Below are positions 9,594 through 20,073 of a stretch of DNA of 64,000 bases, in pieces. The stretch spans positions 485,946 to 549,945 of the forward strand of contig NC_014168.1 in the NCBI RefSeq assembly GCF_000092825.1. Reading direction: 5' to 3'. Position numbers and translations under genes: made by a program. This stretch comes from Segniliparus rotundus DSM 44985. Its GTDB lineage: Bacteria > Actinomycetota > Actinomycetes > Mycobacteriales > Mycobacteriaceae. How positions within the stretch are numbered: position 1 is the first letter of the stretch; every line of letters begins with the position of its first letter. The notes beneath the pieces are model-generated. The model had not been told where the DNA came from. It made no database searches and worked only from the letters and a program-made list of their open reading frames with translations.

Positions 9594-9982
9594 TGGGCCA
9601 AACCGGGTACGGGGTGCAAGTGGTCCAACGGCTGTTGCCGGACCAGTGGCGGATCCTGCGCAGGCTGCGGCTGGCCGGCCTTGTGGAGGTGATCGGCGAG
9701 GACCACGAGTACTACGCGAAAGAAGAAGCGTTCGACGAGGTCGCGTGGCAATCGATGATCGCGACCCACCCGCAGTTCGTGGCCAGCTCGCACAGCGTGC
9801 CCGTCGGGCTGGCCAGCCTCCTGTTGGAGCCCGAGCGGGAGGCGGAGGTCTCGTTCCTCTGGGTAGAGCCGCAGCACCGAGGCTCCGGGGTCGCCGAAGC
9901 GCTCATGGCCGCCGTCGCCGACTGGGTGAGCCGAGGCGGGTATCGCGCGGGGGAGACCTTGAAAAGGAACCGAAGGCTGTGA
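9593..9982 (+). CDS. GNAT-family acetyltransferase, apparently C-terminally truncated.
   Basis: The ATG overlaps the efeB stop (ATGA). Motif A is present (VEPQHRGSGVAEALMAAV), but the protein ends about 20 aa later, with motif B absent. Only 129 aa. Confidence 0.35.
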   Translation: MGQTGYGVQVVQRLLPDQWRILRRLRLAGLVEVIGEDHEYYAKEEAFDEVAWQSMIATHPQFVASSHSVPVGLASLLLEPEREAEVSFLWVEPQHRGSGVAEALMAAVADWVSRGGYRAGETLKRNRRL

Positions 9983-9997
9983 GCCCGAGGGCGCCGC

Positions 9998-11788
9998 TTA
10001 GCTTGCGGCGTCGGCGAGTTCTGCCAACACGGCTCCGGGGGAGACGGTCGCGCCGGTCTCCACATGCAGTTTCGTGATGACCCCGGATTTGTGGGCGCTG
10101 ATCGGGTTCTCCATCTTCATGGCTTCCAGGACCGCGATGAGTTCGCCGGACTCCACCGTCTGGCCCAGCTCCACGGCCACCTTCACCACTGTGCCGCGCA
10201 TCGGCGCGGTGACGCTGTTGCCGCCCTGGGCGGACGCGCCCGCGACCTTGTGCCGGGGCTTCGGCTTGCGCCGGATGACTCCGGTGTTGTTCGCAGCGGT
10301 GAAGAGCTCTTCGGGCAGCAGCACTTCGAGACGGCGACCGCCGACCTCGACCACCACGCCACGAGTGCCGAGGTTTTGTTCGTCGTCGTGCTCGGCGGGG
10401 TCGGCGAACGGGGCGACCGTGTTGTTCCATTCGGTCTCGATCCACCGCGTGTGCACGTTGAACTTCTGCCCGTCGCCGATGAACGCAGGGTCGCGCACCA
10501 CGAGGCGGTGGAACGGGATCGTGGTGGCGAGGCCTTCCAGCGCGAACTCGTCCAGCGCGCGCCGCGCGCGGGCGAGGGCCTCGTTGCGGTCCCGGCCGGT
10601 GACGATGAGCTTGGCGAGCATGGAGTCGAACTGCCCGCCGACGACGGTCCCAGCCTCCACGCCGGAGTCGAGCCGCACGCCGGGGCCGTTGGGCTGGCGG
10701 TACGTGGTGATCTTGCCGGTGTTCGGGAGGAATCCGGTGCCCGCGTCCTCGCTGTTGATGCGGAACTCGAAACTGTGCCCGCGCGGCTCGGGGTCCTCGG
10801 AGATGGACAGCGTCGCGCCAGCGGCGATGCGGAACTGCTCCAGCACCAGGTCGATGCCGGCGGTCTCCTCAGTGACCGGGTGCTCGACCTGCAATCGGGT
10901 GTTCACTTCAAGGAAGGAGACGAGCCCGTCTTCGCCGACGAGGTATTCGACCGTTCCTGCGCCGTGGTAGCCCGTCTCGCGGGCGATGGCCTTCGCCGAG
11001 GAGTGGATGCTCTCGCGCTGCTCGTCGGTGAGGAACGGCGCCGGGGCCTCTTCGACAAGCTTCTGGAAGCGGCGTTGCAAGGTGCAGTCGCGGGTGCCGA
11101 CGACGACGACGTTGCCGTGCGTGTCGGCCACGATCTGCGCCTCGACGTGACGCGGGCGGTCGAGGTAGCGTTCGACGAAACATTCGCCCCGGCCGAAGGC
11201 CGCAGTCGCCTCACGGGTCGCGGAGTCGAAAAGCTCGGGGATTTCCTCCATGGTCCGGGCCACCTTCATGCCGCGCCCGCCGCCGCCGAACGCGGCTTTG
11301 ATGGCCACCGGCAGGCCGTGCTCCTGCGCGAAGGCGAGCACTTCGTCGGAGCTGCTCACCGGCTTGTCCGTGCCGGGCACCAGCGGCGCGCCCACTTTGA
11401 GCGCGATTCGACGCGCGGTCACCTTGTCGCCGAGGTCGCGGATCGCCTGCGGCGGGGGCCCGATCCAGACCAGGCCCGCGTCGATGACCGCCTGCGCGAA
11501 ATCGGCGTTCTCGGACAGGAAGCCGTAGCCGGGGTGGATCGCCTTGGCTCCCGAGCGCTCCGCGACGGCGATGATCTTGTCGATGACGAGGTAGCTTTCC
11601 AGCGGGGTCTTGCCGCCGAGCGCGAAGGCTTCGTCCGCGAGCCGCGCGAACGGAGCGTTCGCGTCGGGCTCGGCGTAGACCGCAATGCTGCGCAGCCCCG
11701 CGTCTTGGGCCGCTCGAATCACCCGAATAGCGATCTCGCCTCGGTTGGCGACGAGAACCGAATCAAACGCCGTGGTGATGTTCGGCAT
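9998..11788 (-). CDS. accA3: Acetyl/propionyl-CoA carboxylase alpha subunit (biotin carboxylase plus BCCP).
   Basis: Start taken at [30 protein letters not shown]-grasp domain and C-terminal EAMKM biotinylation motif. I regard the upstream 61 aa of the ORF as spurious. Confidence 0.9.
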   Translation of the reverse strand: MPNITTAFDSVLVANRGEIAIRVIRAAQDAGLRSIAVYAEPDANAPFARLADEAFALGGKTPLESYLVIDKIIAVAERSGAKAIHPGYGFLSENADFAQAVIDAGLVWIGPPPQAIRDLGDKVTARRIALKVGAPLVPGTDKPVSSSDEVLAFAQEHGLPVAIKAAFGGGGRGMKVARTMEEIPELFDSATREATAAFGRGECFVERYLDRPRHVEAQIVADTHGNVVVVGTRDCTLQRRFQKLVEEAPAPFLTDEQRESIHSSAKAIARETGYHGAGTVEYLVGEDGLVSFLEVNTRLQVEHPVTEETAGIDLVLEQFRIAAGATLSISEDPEPRGHSFEFRINSEDAGTGFLPNTGKITTYRQPNGPGVRLDSGVEAGTVVGGQFDSMLAKLIVTGRDRNEALARARRALDEFALEGLATTIPFHRLVVRDPAFIGDGQKFNVHTRWIETEWNNTVAPFADPAEHDDEQNLGTRGVVVEVGGRRLEVLLPEELFTAANNTGVIRRKPKPRHKVAGASAQGGNSVTAPMRGTVVKVAVELGQTVESGELIAVLEAMKMENPISAHKSGVITKLHVETGATVSPGAVLAELADAAS

Positions 11789-11897
11789 TGCAACCTCCTG
11801 TTTTTGCCGTGTGCATGGCTTCCGCGTGGTGTTTTTTACAAGATGGACGGTATGGGGGACGAGTTGGGGCTGATCCCTGAGAGAAATTTTTCTCGCC

Positions 11898-12782
11898 TCA
11901 TGGGGCGCCCGGTTCCTCGCCTGTGGCGAAGGGCGCGGCGACGGTGTTGCCCCATTCGCTCCACCCGCCATCGTAATTGCGCGCGCTCGACACGCCGAGA
12001 AGGAATTTCAGCACGAACCAGGTGTGCGCGGAGCGCTCGCCGATCTGGCAGTACGTCACCACCTTGCTCCGCTTGCCCTCGGCGAGGCCGTCGAAGACTT
12101 GCGTGAGCTCCGCGGCGGACAAGAAATGTCCGCTTGGGTGGATCGCGCTGGCCCAGGGAATGTTTTTGGCCGAGGGGATGTGCCCGGCTCGCGCCGAACG
12201 CTCGACCGGGTATTCCGGCACCGGCCTGCGGGGCCCGGCGTATTCCTCCGGGCTGCGCACGTCGAGAACGGTGCAGCTGCCCAAGGAGCGCGCGAGCTGG
12301 TCGCGGAAGACCCGGTTCGTCTCGTCGTCGCGTTTGACGAGCGGGTAATCCGCTTGGGCGAGCCGCGGGAAGTCGAGTGTCGTCTCCCTGCCCTCGGCGA
12401 GCCACGCGGCGCGTCCGCCGTCGAGCAGGCGGACGTCCGTGTGCCCGAACAGGGTCAGAATCCACACCAAGTGCGCCGCCCACCGGTTCTGTTTGTCCCC
12501 GTAGACCACCACCGTGTGGTTGCGATCGATGCCTTTGCTGTTGAGGAGCGAGGCGAACCGGGAAGGGTCGAGCACGTCGTGGCTGTTGGGGCTCGCGAGC
12601 TCTGTGCGCCAATCCACCTTGGCGGCAGTCGGAATGTGCCCAGCGTCGTACACGAGGCTGTCTTCGTTCGCCTCCAGGAGGCGAAGTTGCCGGTGGCCGA
12701 GGTTCGCCGACAGCCATTCGGTGCTGACGACCCGCTCCGGGACTGCGTAGCCGGCTGCGACAGAAGCAGGGTCCACATGCAC
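11898..12782 (-). CDS. sseA: Thiosulfate sulfurtransferase (tandem rhodanese).
   Basis: 294 aa with two rhodanese domains and a CQIGERS active-site loop. It sits upstream of accA3, as Mtb sseA does. Confidence 0.85.
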   Translation of the reverse strand: MHVDPASVAAGYAVPERVVSTEWLSANLGHRQLRLLEANEDSLVYDAGHIPTAAKVDWRTELASPNSHDVLDPSRFASLLNSKGIDRNHTVVVYGDKQNRWAAHLVWILTLFGHTDVRLLDGGRAAWLAEGRETTLDFPRLAQADYPLVKRDDETNRVFRDQLARSLGSCTVLDVRSPEEYAGPRRPVPEYPVERSARAGHIPSAKNIPWASAIHPSGHFLSAAELTQVFDGLAEGKRSKVVTYCQIGERSAHTWFVLKFLLGVSSARNYDGGWSEWGNTVAAPFATGEEPGAP

Positions 12783-12958
12783 GGTGTCGGGTCACTTCCT
12801 TCGGGTCTCGTCCGGTATTTTGTCCGGAGTGGGCTTGAGAAGAGTACCCGGTTTCTAAGGAAACGGTAAAGTCCACACGCCTCCGCGTGGCGCGAGTGCG
12901 CCGCATCGATGCGAAATAGTGACCTCAGCCGCGCCGCCCGGGCCCAGAGACGTTTTGC

Positions 12959-13690
12959 TCATCGGGGCGTTGTGACGGGCAGTTCGCCGTCCGGGGCTGA
13001 AAGCCGCTCCGCGGTCCCGGCGGCGCGCCACAGCGCGGCGACGTCCAGGCCGACTTCGGCGAGCAGCCGCCGAAGCACCGGCAAGCCCAGTCCGATCACG
13101 GTGGAGGGGGCGCCTTCGACGCGGTCGATGAACCAGCTGCCCCTGCCTTCCAGGGTGAAGGCACCGGCCACCTCCAAAGGCTCGCCGGTGGCGAGATACG
13201 CCCTGGCCTCGTCGCCGGTGAGGTCGCCGAACTGGATATCCCCCCGCGCGACCTCCTGCGCCCGCGCGACGATCCGACCGTCCGCTATCCGCAGCAGACA
13301 ATGCCCGGTCAGCAGCGTCCCGACTTGGCCGGACATCTTTTGCCAGCGCGACCACGCGACATCAGGCAGATGCGGTTTGCCGTGCAGTTCGCCGCCTGAC
13401 AAGAATGCGGAATCGGCCGCGATGACCAGGATTTGCGCCCCGGACGAGGGAGGCCCCCCCATGCTGGCGGCTTCGATCAGCCGCGCCGCCACCGCCTCGG
13501 CTTTGGCCTCGGCCAGCGCCGCCACCACATCGCCAGGGTCTGCCTGCGGCCCGAGTCCGGCTGCGATGGCCTCTTCATCGACATCCGAGACAAGGATTTC
13601 CGGCTCCACCCCGGCTCCGCGCAAAAGGGCTCGCCGCGAAGGAGATCCGGAAGCAAGGACAACACGAAGGCTCGTGGGGGAATCCGCCAT
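12959..13690 (-). CDS. maf: Maf-like nucleoside triphosphate pyrophosphatase.
   Basis: VLASGSPSRRALL N-terminus. Maf-family length. Confidence 0.85.
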   Translation of the reverse strand: MADSPTSLRVVLASGSPSRRALLRGAGVEPEILVSDVDEEAIAAGLGPQADPGDVVAALAEAKAEAVAARLIEAASMGGPPSSGAQILVIAADSAFLSGGELHGKPHLPDVAWSRWQKMSGQVGTLLTGHCLLRIADGRIVARAQEVARGDIQFGDLTGDEARAYLATGEPLEVAGAFTLEGRGSWFIDRVEGAPSTVIGLGLPVLRRLLAEVGLDVAALWRAAGTAERLSAPDGELPVTTPR

Positions 13691-13714
13691 ACAGCGGAAA
13701 CTATCAGACGTGCC

Positions 13715-13987
13715 TCAGGCGCCGCGCCACGGAGGCGAGGGTTCCTGGAGGAAGGATTGCGGCAGCCCGCCGGGGATGTACGACAACTGCTGGTCGCCTG
13801 CGCGCCACAGGTCGCGCGGATGCCTGCGGGTGTCGCGCTCCCAGAGCCGCTGGGCCCATAACTCGGCCAGCACCGCGGAGAGGGCTGCGACTTCTTCATC
13901 CGTGGGGTTGCCCTTCACGACGGTGAAGTCAATCGGCCCACGGCTGGTTTCTTCGGTGGCGTGGGGAACGACGGTTGAGGCTGTCAT
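13715..13987 (-). CDS. accE: Acyl-CoA carboxylase epsilon subunit.
   Basis: A 90-aa protein with the AccE-like GNPTDEEVAAL...W tail. It lies immediately upstream of maf, as in the mycobacterial accD5-accE5-maf order, but there is no accD5 here. Confidence 0.65.
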   Translation of the reverse strand: MTASTVVPHATEETSRGPIDFTVVKGNPTDEEVAALSAVLAELWAQRLWERDTRRHPRDLWRAGDQQLSYIPGGLPQSFLQEPSPPWRGA

Positions 13988-14277
13988 GCCGTCATACTAA
14001 TCCCAGCACGACTGTTCTTTTGTGACCCTCATGGAACTCTCATGAAATTTTCACGAAGCCCCAACTCTCTGTCGCGGCGTGCTGAAAACGCAGGTCTTCC
14101 ATGATATCGGGGCGTGGAGCGGCTGCGCGCCGGACCGTGAAAGCGTGATGCGTGTCTCTCATGATGCGGTGCTTGGGCGGGCCCGAGGATTCTTCGGCAT
14201 GCTCGAACGCATGCGAACACATGAAGCAGGCTCGCTCTGCGCGGCGGCGTCGAGAACAGATCTGTGAGGAGCCCGCG

Positions 14278-15018
14278 ATGACCTCTCTTGCCCAGGCTGC
14301 TCCACTGCGGTGGGCCGCCCGGTTCCCAGTGACCCTCTGCTACGTCCTCGGCCTTGCCGCGGTCGCTTTCTTCCAACGCGGCCTCTCGGACGCGCGCGGC
14401 CAACAACTGGTTTCCCAGACCAGCACGAATCTGCGCAATCTTGCCGAAGGCAGGTGGCTGACATTGTTGGAAAGCGCTTTTGTCACACAAGAGGATCCGA
14501 GCAGGATCTGGGTGTGGCTGCCGGGCTTCGCCTGTCTGCTGGCGCTGGGGGAATGGATCTGGCGGTCTCGCCGGTTGGCGGGCGCGATCGTGTTGAGCCA
14601 TGTCGGGGGCACGGCGCTCGTGGCCCTCGGGCTCGTCGTGGCGCTCCGGCTCGGCTGGGCGGAGAGTTCCGTGGTGGACGACGACGATGTGGGCGTGAGC
14701 TATGCCTCGATGGGGGCGTTCGGCGCGTTGATCGGCGCTGTGCCGCGCGCGTTGCGTCTGCCATGGGCCGCGTGGTGGTTGGCGGCGGCGGCGCTCGCCC
14801 TGTGGCGCGATCGGGACTTCACCAGCGCCGGGCATCTCGTCTCCTTGTGCTTGGGCCTGATGGCAGGGGCGTGGTTCGCGCGAGGGGGCGAGCGGACGCG
14901 CTGGACGCCTCTGATGCTCTGCCTCGCCGCCGTCGCGTTCGTGTTCTCCTTCGACGTCCTCGTGGACGTGCGGGCCTTTGGGTTCGACCCGCAGGCGCCC
15001 GCGGCCTCGCCGCCCTAG
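14278..15018 (+). CDS. Rhomboid-family-like integral membrane protein.
   Basis: Start at the internal ATG (MTSLAQAAPLRW...). Multi-TM protein with an L1-like RWLTLLESAF segment, a GVSYASMGAFG segment (GxSG-like) and AGHLVSLCLGLMAG (the His-bearing TM segment). Confidence 0.45.
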   Translation: MTSLAQAAPLRWAARFPVTLCYVLGLAAVAFFQRGLSDARGQQLVSQTSTNLRNLAEGRWLTLLESAFVTQEDPSRIWVWLPGFACLLALGEWIWRSRRLAGAIVLSHVGGTALVALGLVVALRLGWAESSVVDDDDVGVSYASMGAFGALIGAVPRALRLPWAAWWLAAAALALWRDRDFTSAGHLVSLCLGLMAGAWFARGGERTRWTPLMLCLAAVAFVFSFDVLVDVRAFGFDPQAPAASPP

Positions 15019-15539
15019 GGCTTCATGATCAAGAGGCTGCTCGACGCGGTCTCCACCACTTTGCCGTCTTGGTTGCGCACCTCGCCCTCGGCGAAGCTCA
15101 CCCGCGAGCCCGGTTTGACGAGCCAGCCCTTGGCGGTGAGTTCGTCGCCGGAGCGCACTGGGCGCACGTAGCTCACTTTGAGCTCGATGGAGGTGTAGCC
15201 GACCCCGGCGGGCAGCATCGTGTGCGCGGCGCAACCGCACACCGAGTCCAACAGCGCGCACACCAGGCCGCCGTGCACCACCCCGATCGGGTTGTGCGCG
15301 GAGTCGTCCGGCACGCACCGGAAGACGACTTCGCCTTCGCCGAAGGAGACGAGCTCCATGCCGAGCAGCCCGCTGATCGGCGGGCCCGGCAGCCTGCCGT
15401 CTCGCATGGCGGCGAGATACTCGGCTCCTGACATGCGCCGACCGGCTGCCGCGTTCGGCGCGGGGTCGTGCCACTGCACGGTCTTCGAACGCGCGGGCCC
15501 CCACGAGTCGGGGGTCCGCGGCTCCGGGGGCATGGTCAT
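15015..15539 (-). CDS. PaaI-family hotdog thioesterase.
   Basis: The C-terminal 140 aa match the PaaI/'uncharacterized domain 1' fold (GVVHGGLVCALLDSVCG). Start chosen at MTMPPEP.... The upstream Arg-rich extension is rejected. Confidence 0.6.
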   Translation of the reverse strand: MTMPPEPRTPDSWGPARSKTVQWHDPAPNAAAGRRMSGAEYLAAMRDGRLPGPPISGLLGMELVSFGEGEVVFRCVPDDSAHNPIGVVHGGLVCALLDSVCGCAAHTMLPAGVGYTSIELKVSYVRPVRSGDELTAKGWLVKPGSRVSFAEGEVRNQDGKVVETASSSLLIMKP

Positions 15540-15628
15540 GGGGCGCGCTTTCTTTCGCTTCTCGGTCGCATGCCGCCCCCACCAAGGGGCGGCGCATAGG
15601 GTCTGCCCGGAATTGGCAGGACTGCGCG

Positions 15629-16138
15629 TTATCGCACAGGCCTGCGCACGGCGGGCTGGCGGCGAAGGAACCGGCGCCCAAGGAGCCACAAGGCCATGAC
15701 GGCGAGCGGCGCAGCCGCGATCGCCCAGTTCGCGGAGGCGATTGGGCGATGCCCGACGGCGAGCTGGACAAGCGGCCCGCCGAGGGCGATGAGACCGGTT
15801 GCCACGAGCACCGCGGCCTGCGCCAGCCAGCGTTTGTTGAGCAGCCACGCGCCGAAAGCGACCCCGGCGAGCATGGCGTTGACCGCCCGGAGGAACGGGA
15901 TGAAGACGCTCGCGACCGAAAGCGCCTCGGCGGCCTTGCTGAATTGCGGCTCCAGCCTGTCGTAGCGCTCAAGGACCCCGATGCGGGCGATCAACCCCAG
16001 CGCCCAAGGGCCCACGCTTCCCACGGCGCCGACGAGGTACGCCACAAGGCCCCACCAACCCCACAGCCCGTAACCGCGCGGCCCGGCCAACGCCAGCACC
16101 AAGGACAGCAACGCGAAGAACAGGTTCAGCCGGATCAT
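15629..16138 (-). CDS. Small integral membrane protein of unknown function.
   Basis: Start at MIRLNLFFALLSLVLA. Four predicted TM segments. No recognisable family. Confidence 0.4.
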   Translation of the reverse strand: MIRLNLFFALLSLVLALAGPRGYGLWGWWGLVAYLVGAVGSVGPWALGLIARIGVLERYDRLEPQFSKAAEALSVASVFIPFLRAVNAMLAGVAFGAWLLNKRWLAQAAVLVATGLIALGGPLVQLAVGHRPIASANWAIAAAPLAVMALWLLGRRFLRRQPAVRRPVR

Positions 16139-16224
16139 TCGCAGATCGTACCGGATCGCACCGGCTGGCCCGCATGCCGTGCCGTCGAAGAAAGCGGTGA
16201 CGGCCACGCGGTGCGCCGCCCGCG

Positions 16225-17178
16225 CTACTGGGCGAACGCGTCCGTGGCTTCGACCAGGTGGTGCGTGTTTTCCGCTTCGAACGCCGTGTGCCCGGACTGG
16301 GCGGTGATCGTCAACTTCGACTCCGGCCAACGCCGATGCAGCTCCCAAGCGCTCGCGACGGGGCAGATCACGTCGTAGCGGCCGTGGACGATCGCCGCTG
16401 GTATGTGCCGGATCTTGTCCACGTCTTCGAGCAGTTGGTTTTCCCGCAAGAACGCCTTGTTTTGGAAGTACCAGTTTTCGATGCGGGCGAAGGCGAGCGC
16501 GGTGCGCGGGTCTTTCTCGCGGTCATGCGGATCGACGGTCAGGCCGATGGTGCGGTCTTCCCATCCGGTCCAGGCGAAGGCGGAGGCCTCCGCGGCGCTT
16601 TGGTCGCGGCCCCAGAGGAGTTTCGCGTGCTCTTCGATGAGGTTGCCGCCCCGCGCGGCGGGCGGGATCGGGGCCAAGTACTCCTCCCAGAGGTCGGGGA
16701 AGATTTGGCTGGCGCCTCCAGGGTTGTAGAACCAGTCCAGTTCGGATTCGCGGCACAGGAAGACGCCTCGGAGCACGAGTTCGCTCACCCGCTCGGGATG
16801 GGTTTGCGCGTAGGCGAGGGCGAGCGTCGAGCCCCAGGAGCCGCCGAAGACCAGCCAGCGTTCGACTCCCATCTGCTCGCGAAGCTTCTCGATGTCCGAG
16901 ACCAGATTCCAGGTGGTGTTGAGCGACAGGTCTGGATTCTCGCCCGCGTGCGGGGTGGAACGCCCGCAGCCGCGCTGGTCGAACAACAGCACGTTGTAGC
17001 GTTTCGGGTCGAAGAACCGCCGCTGTTTGGGGTTGATCCCCCCGCCCGGCCCGCCGTGCAGGAAGACGGCGGGTTTGCCTTCGGGGTTGCCGACCTGCTC
17101 CCAAAAGATCCGCTGGCCGTCCCCGACGTCGAGGTGGCCGGTGGCTCGAGGTTCGATTTCAGGGTAGAGGCTGCGCAT
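16225..17178 (-). CDS. pip: Proline iminopeptidase.
   Basis: 317 aa, alpha/beta hydrolase with a GGSWGS nucleophile elbow and prolyl aminopeptidase family features. Confidence 0.9.
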   Translation of the reverse strand: MRSLYPEIEPRATGHLDVGDGQRIFWEQVGNPEGKPAVFLHGGPGGGINPKQRRFFDPKRYNVLLFDQRGCGRSTPHAGENPDLSLNTTWNLVSDIEKLREQMGVERWLVFGGSWGSTLALAYAQTHPERVSELVLRGVFLCRESELDWFYNPGGASQIFPDLWEEYLAPIPPAARGGNLIEEHAKLLWGRDQSAAEASAFAWTGWEDRTIGLTVDPHDREKDPRTALAFARIENWYFQNKAFLRENQLLEDVDKIRHIPAAIVHGRYDVICPVASAWELHRRWPESKLTITAQSGHTAFEAENTHHLVEATDAFAQ

Positions 17179-17272
17179 GCTTGTCAGCCTAATGCCCTCG
17201 CGGCGCCCTTGGCCGCGGCGCTGTGGGAGCGCCGCCCCGCCGTTCAGCCGGTCGGCGGGGGCTCTGCGTGGC

Positions 17273-18100
17273 TCAGTAGGAGTGCTCCGGGGCGGGGAAA
17301 GCCCCGGACTCCACGTCTCGGGCGTATTCGCGGGCGGCTTCGCCCAGCGCCGCGCCCAGCTCGGCGAAGCGCCGGACGAACTTCGCCGTGCGCCCAGCGG
17401 TCAAACCGGCCATGTCCTGCCAGACCAGCACCTGCGCGTCGCAGTCCGGCCCGGCTCCGATGCCGACGGTCGGAATGGTCAGCTTGGCGGTGATCTGCGC
17501 GGCGAGTTCGGCGGGCACCATTTCCATGACCACCGCGAACGCTCCGGCCTCGGCGACCGCGATGGCGTCGTGGACCAGCGTCTCGGCTTCGTCGCCCCGG
17601 CCCTGCACCCGGAAGCCGGAGAGGCTGTTCACGCGCTGGGGGGTGAATCCGATGTGGGCCATGACCGGAATCCCGGCGCGGCTGAGCGACGAGATGTGCT
17701 CGGCGTAGTCCTCGCCGCCCTCCAGTTTCACCGCGTGGGCCCCTGCCCGCGCGAAGCGGGCGGCGGTCTCGAATGCTTGCGCGGGGCTCGCCTCGTAGCT
17801 GCCGAAGGGCAGGTCGGCGACGACCAAGGCGCGCTGCGCCCCTCTGGCGACGCCGCGCACCAGCGGCAACAGCTCGTCGGCTTCGACCGACACCGTGGTG
17901 TCGTGCCCGTAGACCACGTTGGCGGCGGAGTCGCCGACCAGCAGCACGGGGATGTCGGCCGCGTCCAAAAGCGCCGCGGTGGTGTAGTCGTACGCGGTGA
18001 GCATCGCCCACTTGCGGCCTTCGCGCTTCATCTCGTGCAAATGGCTGATCCGCACGCGGGGCCGGGTTTGCGTCGCATAAGGAGCAGCAGAAACGGACAT
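17273..18100 (-). CDS. panB: 3-methyl-2-oxobutanoate hydroxymethyltransferase.
   Basis: 275 aa with PanB signatures ([18 protein letters not shown]). Confidence 0.9.
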   Translation of the reverse strand: MSVSAAPYATQTRPRVRISHLHEMKREGRKWAMLTAYDYTTAALLDAADIPVLLVGDSAANVVYGHDTTVSVEADELLPLVRGVARGAQRALVVADLPFGSYEASPAQAFETAARFARAGAHAVKLEGGEDYAEHISSLSRAGIPVMAHIGFTPQRVNSLSGFRVQGRGDEAETLVHDAIAVAEAGAFAVVMEMVPAELAAQITAKLTIPTVGIGAGPDCDAQVLVWQDMAGLTAGRTAKFVRRFAELGAALGEAAREYARDVESGAFPAPEHSY

Positions 18101-18266
18101 GGTGGCGACCTCTCTTTGCCTCGAGGCCCGCTGGCGGGTCCCCGGGTTGGTTTCTTGTCCGAGCTCAGTCTAACGCCGAATGCCTGAGCCGGGCAACCGC
18201 CGGACTCCGCTTGAGCCACGACTCGATCACGAACGAGGACGGGCCGCGGGCAATTATCAGGAAGTC

Positions 18267-19880
18267 ATGGCAGGATGGCTTGCTGTGAAAGAAGTGTTCT
18301 CTGTTGCGGCGTGGGGCGGCGCCTTTCTCGGCAAGTCCGGCCCCAGGCGCGCGCGGGCATTGGCGATTGTGTCGGCGACGGCCGCGGCCGCAGGTGTGGC
18401 GCTCGTCGCCTGCCCTCGGTCCGCCTCCGCGCCGGATATGCCCGAGGCGCTGAAGCCCTTTTACGACCAGCAGGTCGTCTGGGGCTCCTGCCAGGGCTAT
18501 GTCGCCGACTTCAAACCGAGCCCGAGGACCGAGTGCGCCATGGTCAAGGTGCCGGTGGACTACCAGAACCCGAAGGGCGAGAGCGCGCAGATCGCCGTGT
18601 ACCGGATCAAAGCCGCCGGCCAGAAGATCGGCTCTTTGCTCTTCAACCCCGGCGGTCCGGGCGGCTCCGGAGTCGGTTTCGTCTCAGGCTCCGCCTCGGC
18701 CCTGGTGAAACTGGACATCGCGCAGCGCTTCGACCTGGTCGGCTTCGACCCGAGGGGCATCGGCCACTCGACGCCCTCAGTGCACTGCTTGAGCGACAAA
18801 GAGCAAGACGCGTTGCGCGCGCTCAACGACAACGACTACACCCCTGCGGGCATCGCCCGCCAGGAAACCCGCAACAAGGATTACGCGCAGAAATGCGCCC
18901 AGCGCACGGGGGCGAATTTCCTCGCCCATGTGAACTCGATGGACGTCGCGCGGGACATGGACGTGCTGCGCCAGGCGCTCGGCGACGAGAAGCTGAATTA
19001 TGTCGGCTACTCCTACGGCACCAGGATCGGCACCGACTACGCCGAGCTTTTCCCCACGCATGTGCGGGCGATGGTCCTCGACGGCGCGCTCGACCCGAAT
19101 GAGAGCCCAGTGGACAAACTCGTCAACCAGGCGAAGGGCTTCGAGGACGCGTTCCGCATCTTCGCGGCAGACTGCGCCACCCAGGACCACTGCCCGCTGG
19201 GCAACGACCCCGCCCAGGCCGACGAGAAGTTCCGCGCCCTGGTCCTGCCGTTGATCGAGCATCCGGTCAACACGCGCGACGGACGTGGCCTCGGCTACTC
19301 GGACGCGGTCCTCGGCACCATCCAGGCGCTGTACTCCAAGCAGCTCTGGGTGGCGCTGCGGGAGGGGCTCACCGAGGTCAAGGCGGGTTCGGGCAATATT
19401 TTGCAGCTGCTGTCCGACCTGTACATGGACCGGGACTCGAAGTCCGGGCATTACAGCAACGAGCAAGACGCGAACATCGCTGTGCGATGCGTGGACGACG
19501 CTCCGACAACCGACCGTTCGGTCGTGGACCAGATGGACGTGCAGGGCCGCAAGGTCGCCCCGTTCGAGGACGACGAGCGCGGCACCGGGCACGGCGCGCT
19601 CGACCCGTGCGCGTTCTGGCCGGTCAAGCCCACCATCGCGCCGACGATTTCGAGCCCGCCCGTCGGATTGCCCAAGATTGTCGTGGTTTCCACCACGAAT
19701 GACCCGGCCACGCCGTACCAAGCGGGCGTGGAGCTGGCCAAACAGCTCGGAGCCTCCCTCATCACGTACAACGGCACGCAGCACACCGTCTCTCTGCAAG
19801 ACCAGAGCCAGTGCGTCGACAACGCGGTCCAGCAGTACTTGATCGACCTCAAGTCTCCCGCCGACGGTCTGACCTGCTGA
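18267..19880 (+). CDS. Exported alpha/beta hydrolase, TAP-like (S33 tripeptidyl aminopeptidase family) lipoprotein.
   Basis: Start at MAGWLAV.... Signal peptide with an LVAC lipobox. GYSYGT nucleophile elbow. This is the same family as Mtb Rv2223c/Rv2224c, which sit beside panB. Confidence 0.75.
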   Translation: MAGWLAVKEVFSVAAWGGAFLGKSGPRRARALAIVSATAAAAGVALVACPRSASAPDMPEALKPFYDQQVVWGSCQGYVADFKPSPRTECAMVKVPVDYQNPKGESAQIAVYRIKAAGQKIGSLLFNPGGPGGSGVGFVSGSASALVKLDIAQRFDLVGFDPRGIGHSTPSVHCLSDKEQDALRALNDNDYTPAGIARQETRNKDYAQKCAQRTGANFLAHVNSMDVARDMDVLRQALGDEKLNYVGYSYGTRIGTDYAELFPTHVRAMVLDGALDPNESPVDKLVNQAKGFEDAFRIFAADCATQDHCPLGNDPAQADEKFRALVLPLIEHPVNTRDGRGLGYSDAVLGTIQALYSKQLWVALREGLTEVKAGSGNILQLLSDLYMDRDSKSGHYSNEQDANIAVRCVDDAPTTDRSVVDQMDVQGRKVAPFEDDERGTGHGALDPCAFWPVKPTIAPTISSPPVGLPKIVVVSTTNDPATPYQAGVELAKQLGASLITYNGTQHTVSLQDQSQCVDNAVQQYLIDLKSPADGLTC

Positions 19881-19992
19881 TCCGACGCCTTGTGGCGTCG
19901 GGCTGCTGAGACCGCGCCGCACGGCTCTTCCTTGCCCCTTTCGGGTGCAAGCTGCGCTTTCTCTGCGCTGGCGCGCGCAAGGGCGCAAAAGT

Positions 19993-20021
19993 TTGACAGA
20001 AAACTGGTGGATCGGTACTGT
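19993..20021 (+). promoter_or_regulatory. Putative sigma-70-type promoter of the isoprenoid island (TTGACA-17nt-TACTGT).
   Basis: TTGACA at 19993-19998 and TACTGT at 20016-20021 with a 17-nt spacer, inside a 190-bp AT-rich patch that is atypical for this genome. Confidence 0.3.
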
Positions 20022-20073
20022 CCGATGACAGCAATATATGACATATATCCTACATAAAGGCAATATGTGGTAA

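Noticed and set aside
12909..14000. 363-aa plus-strand ORF spanning maf and accE.
   Set aside because: It is antisense to two well-supported minus-strand genes (Maf, AccE), and its sequence is low-complexity Ser/Ala/Arg-rich.
14029..15972. 647-aa minus-strand ORF.
   Set aside because: It is Arg/Pro/Gly-rich nonsense that overlaps the plus-strand rhomboid-like gene and the minus-strand thioesterase in a different frame.
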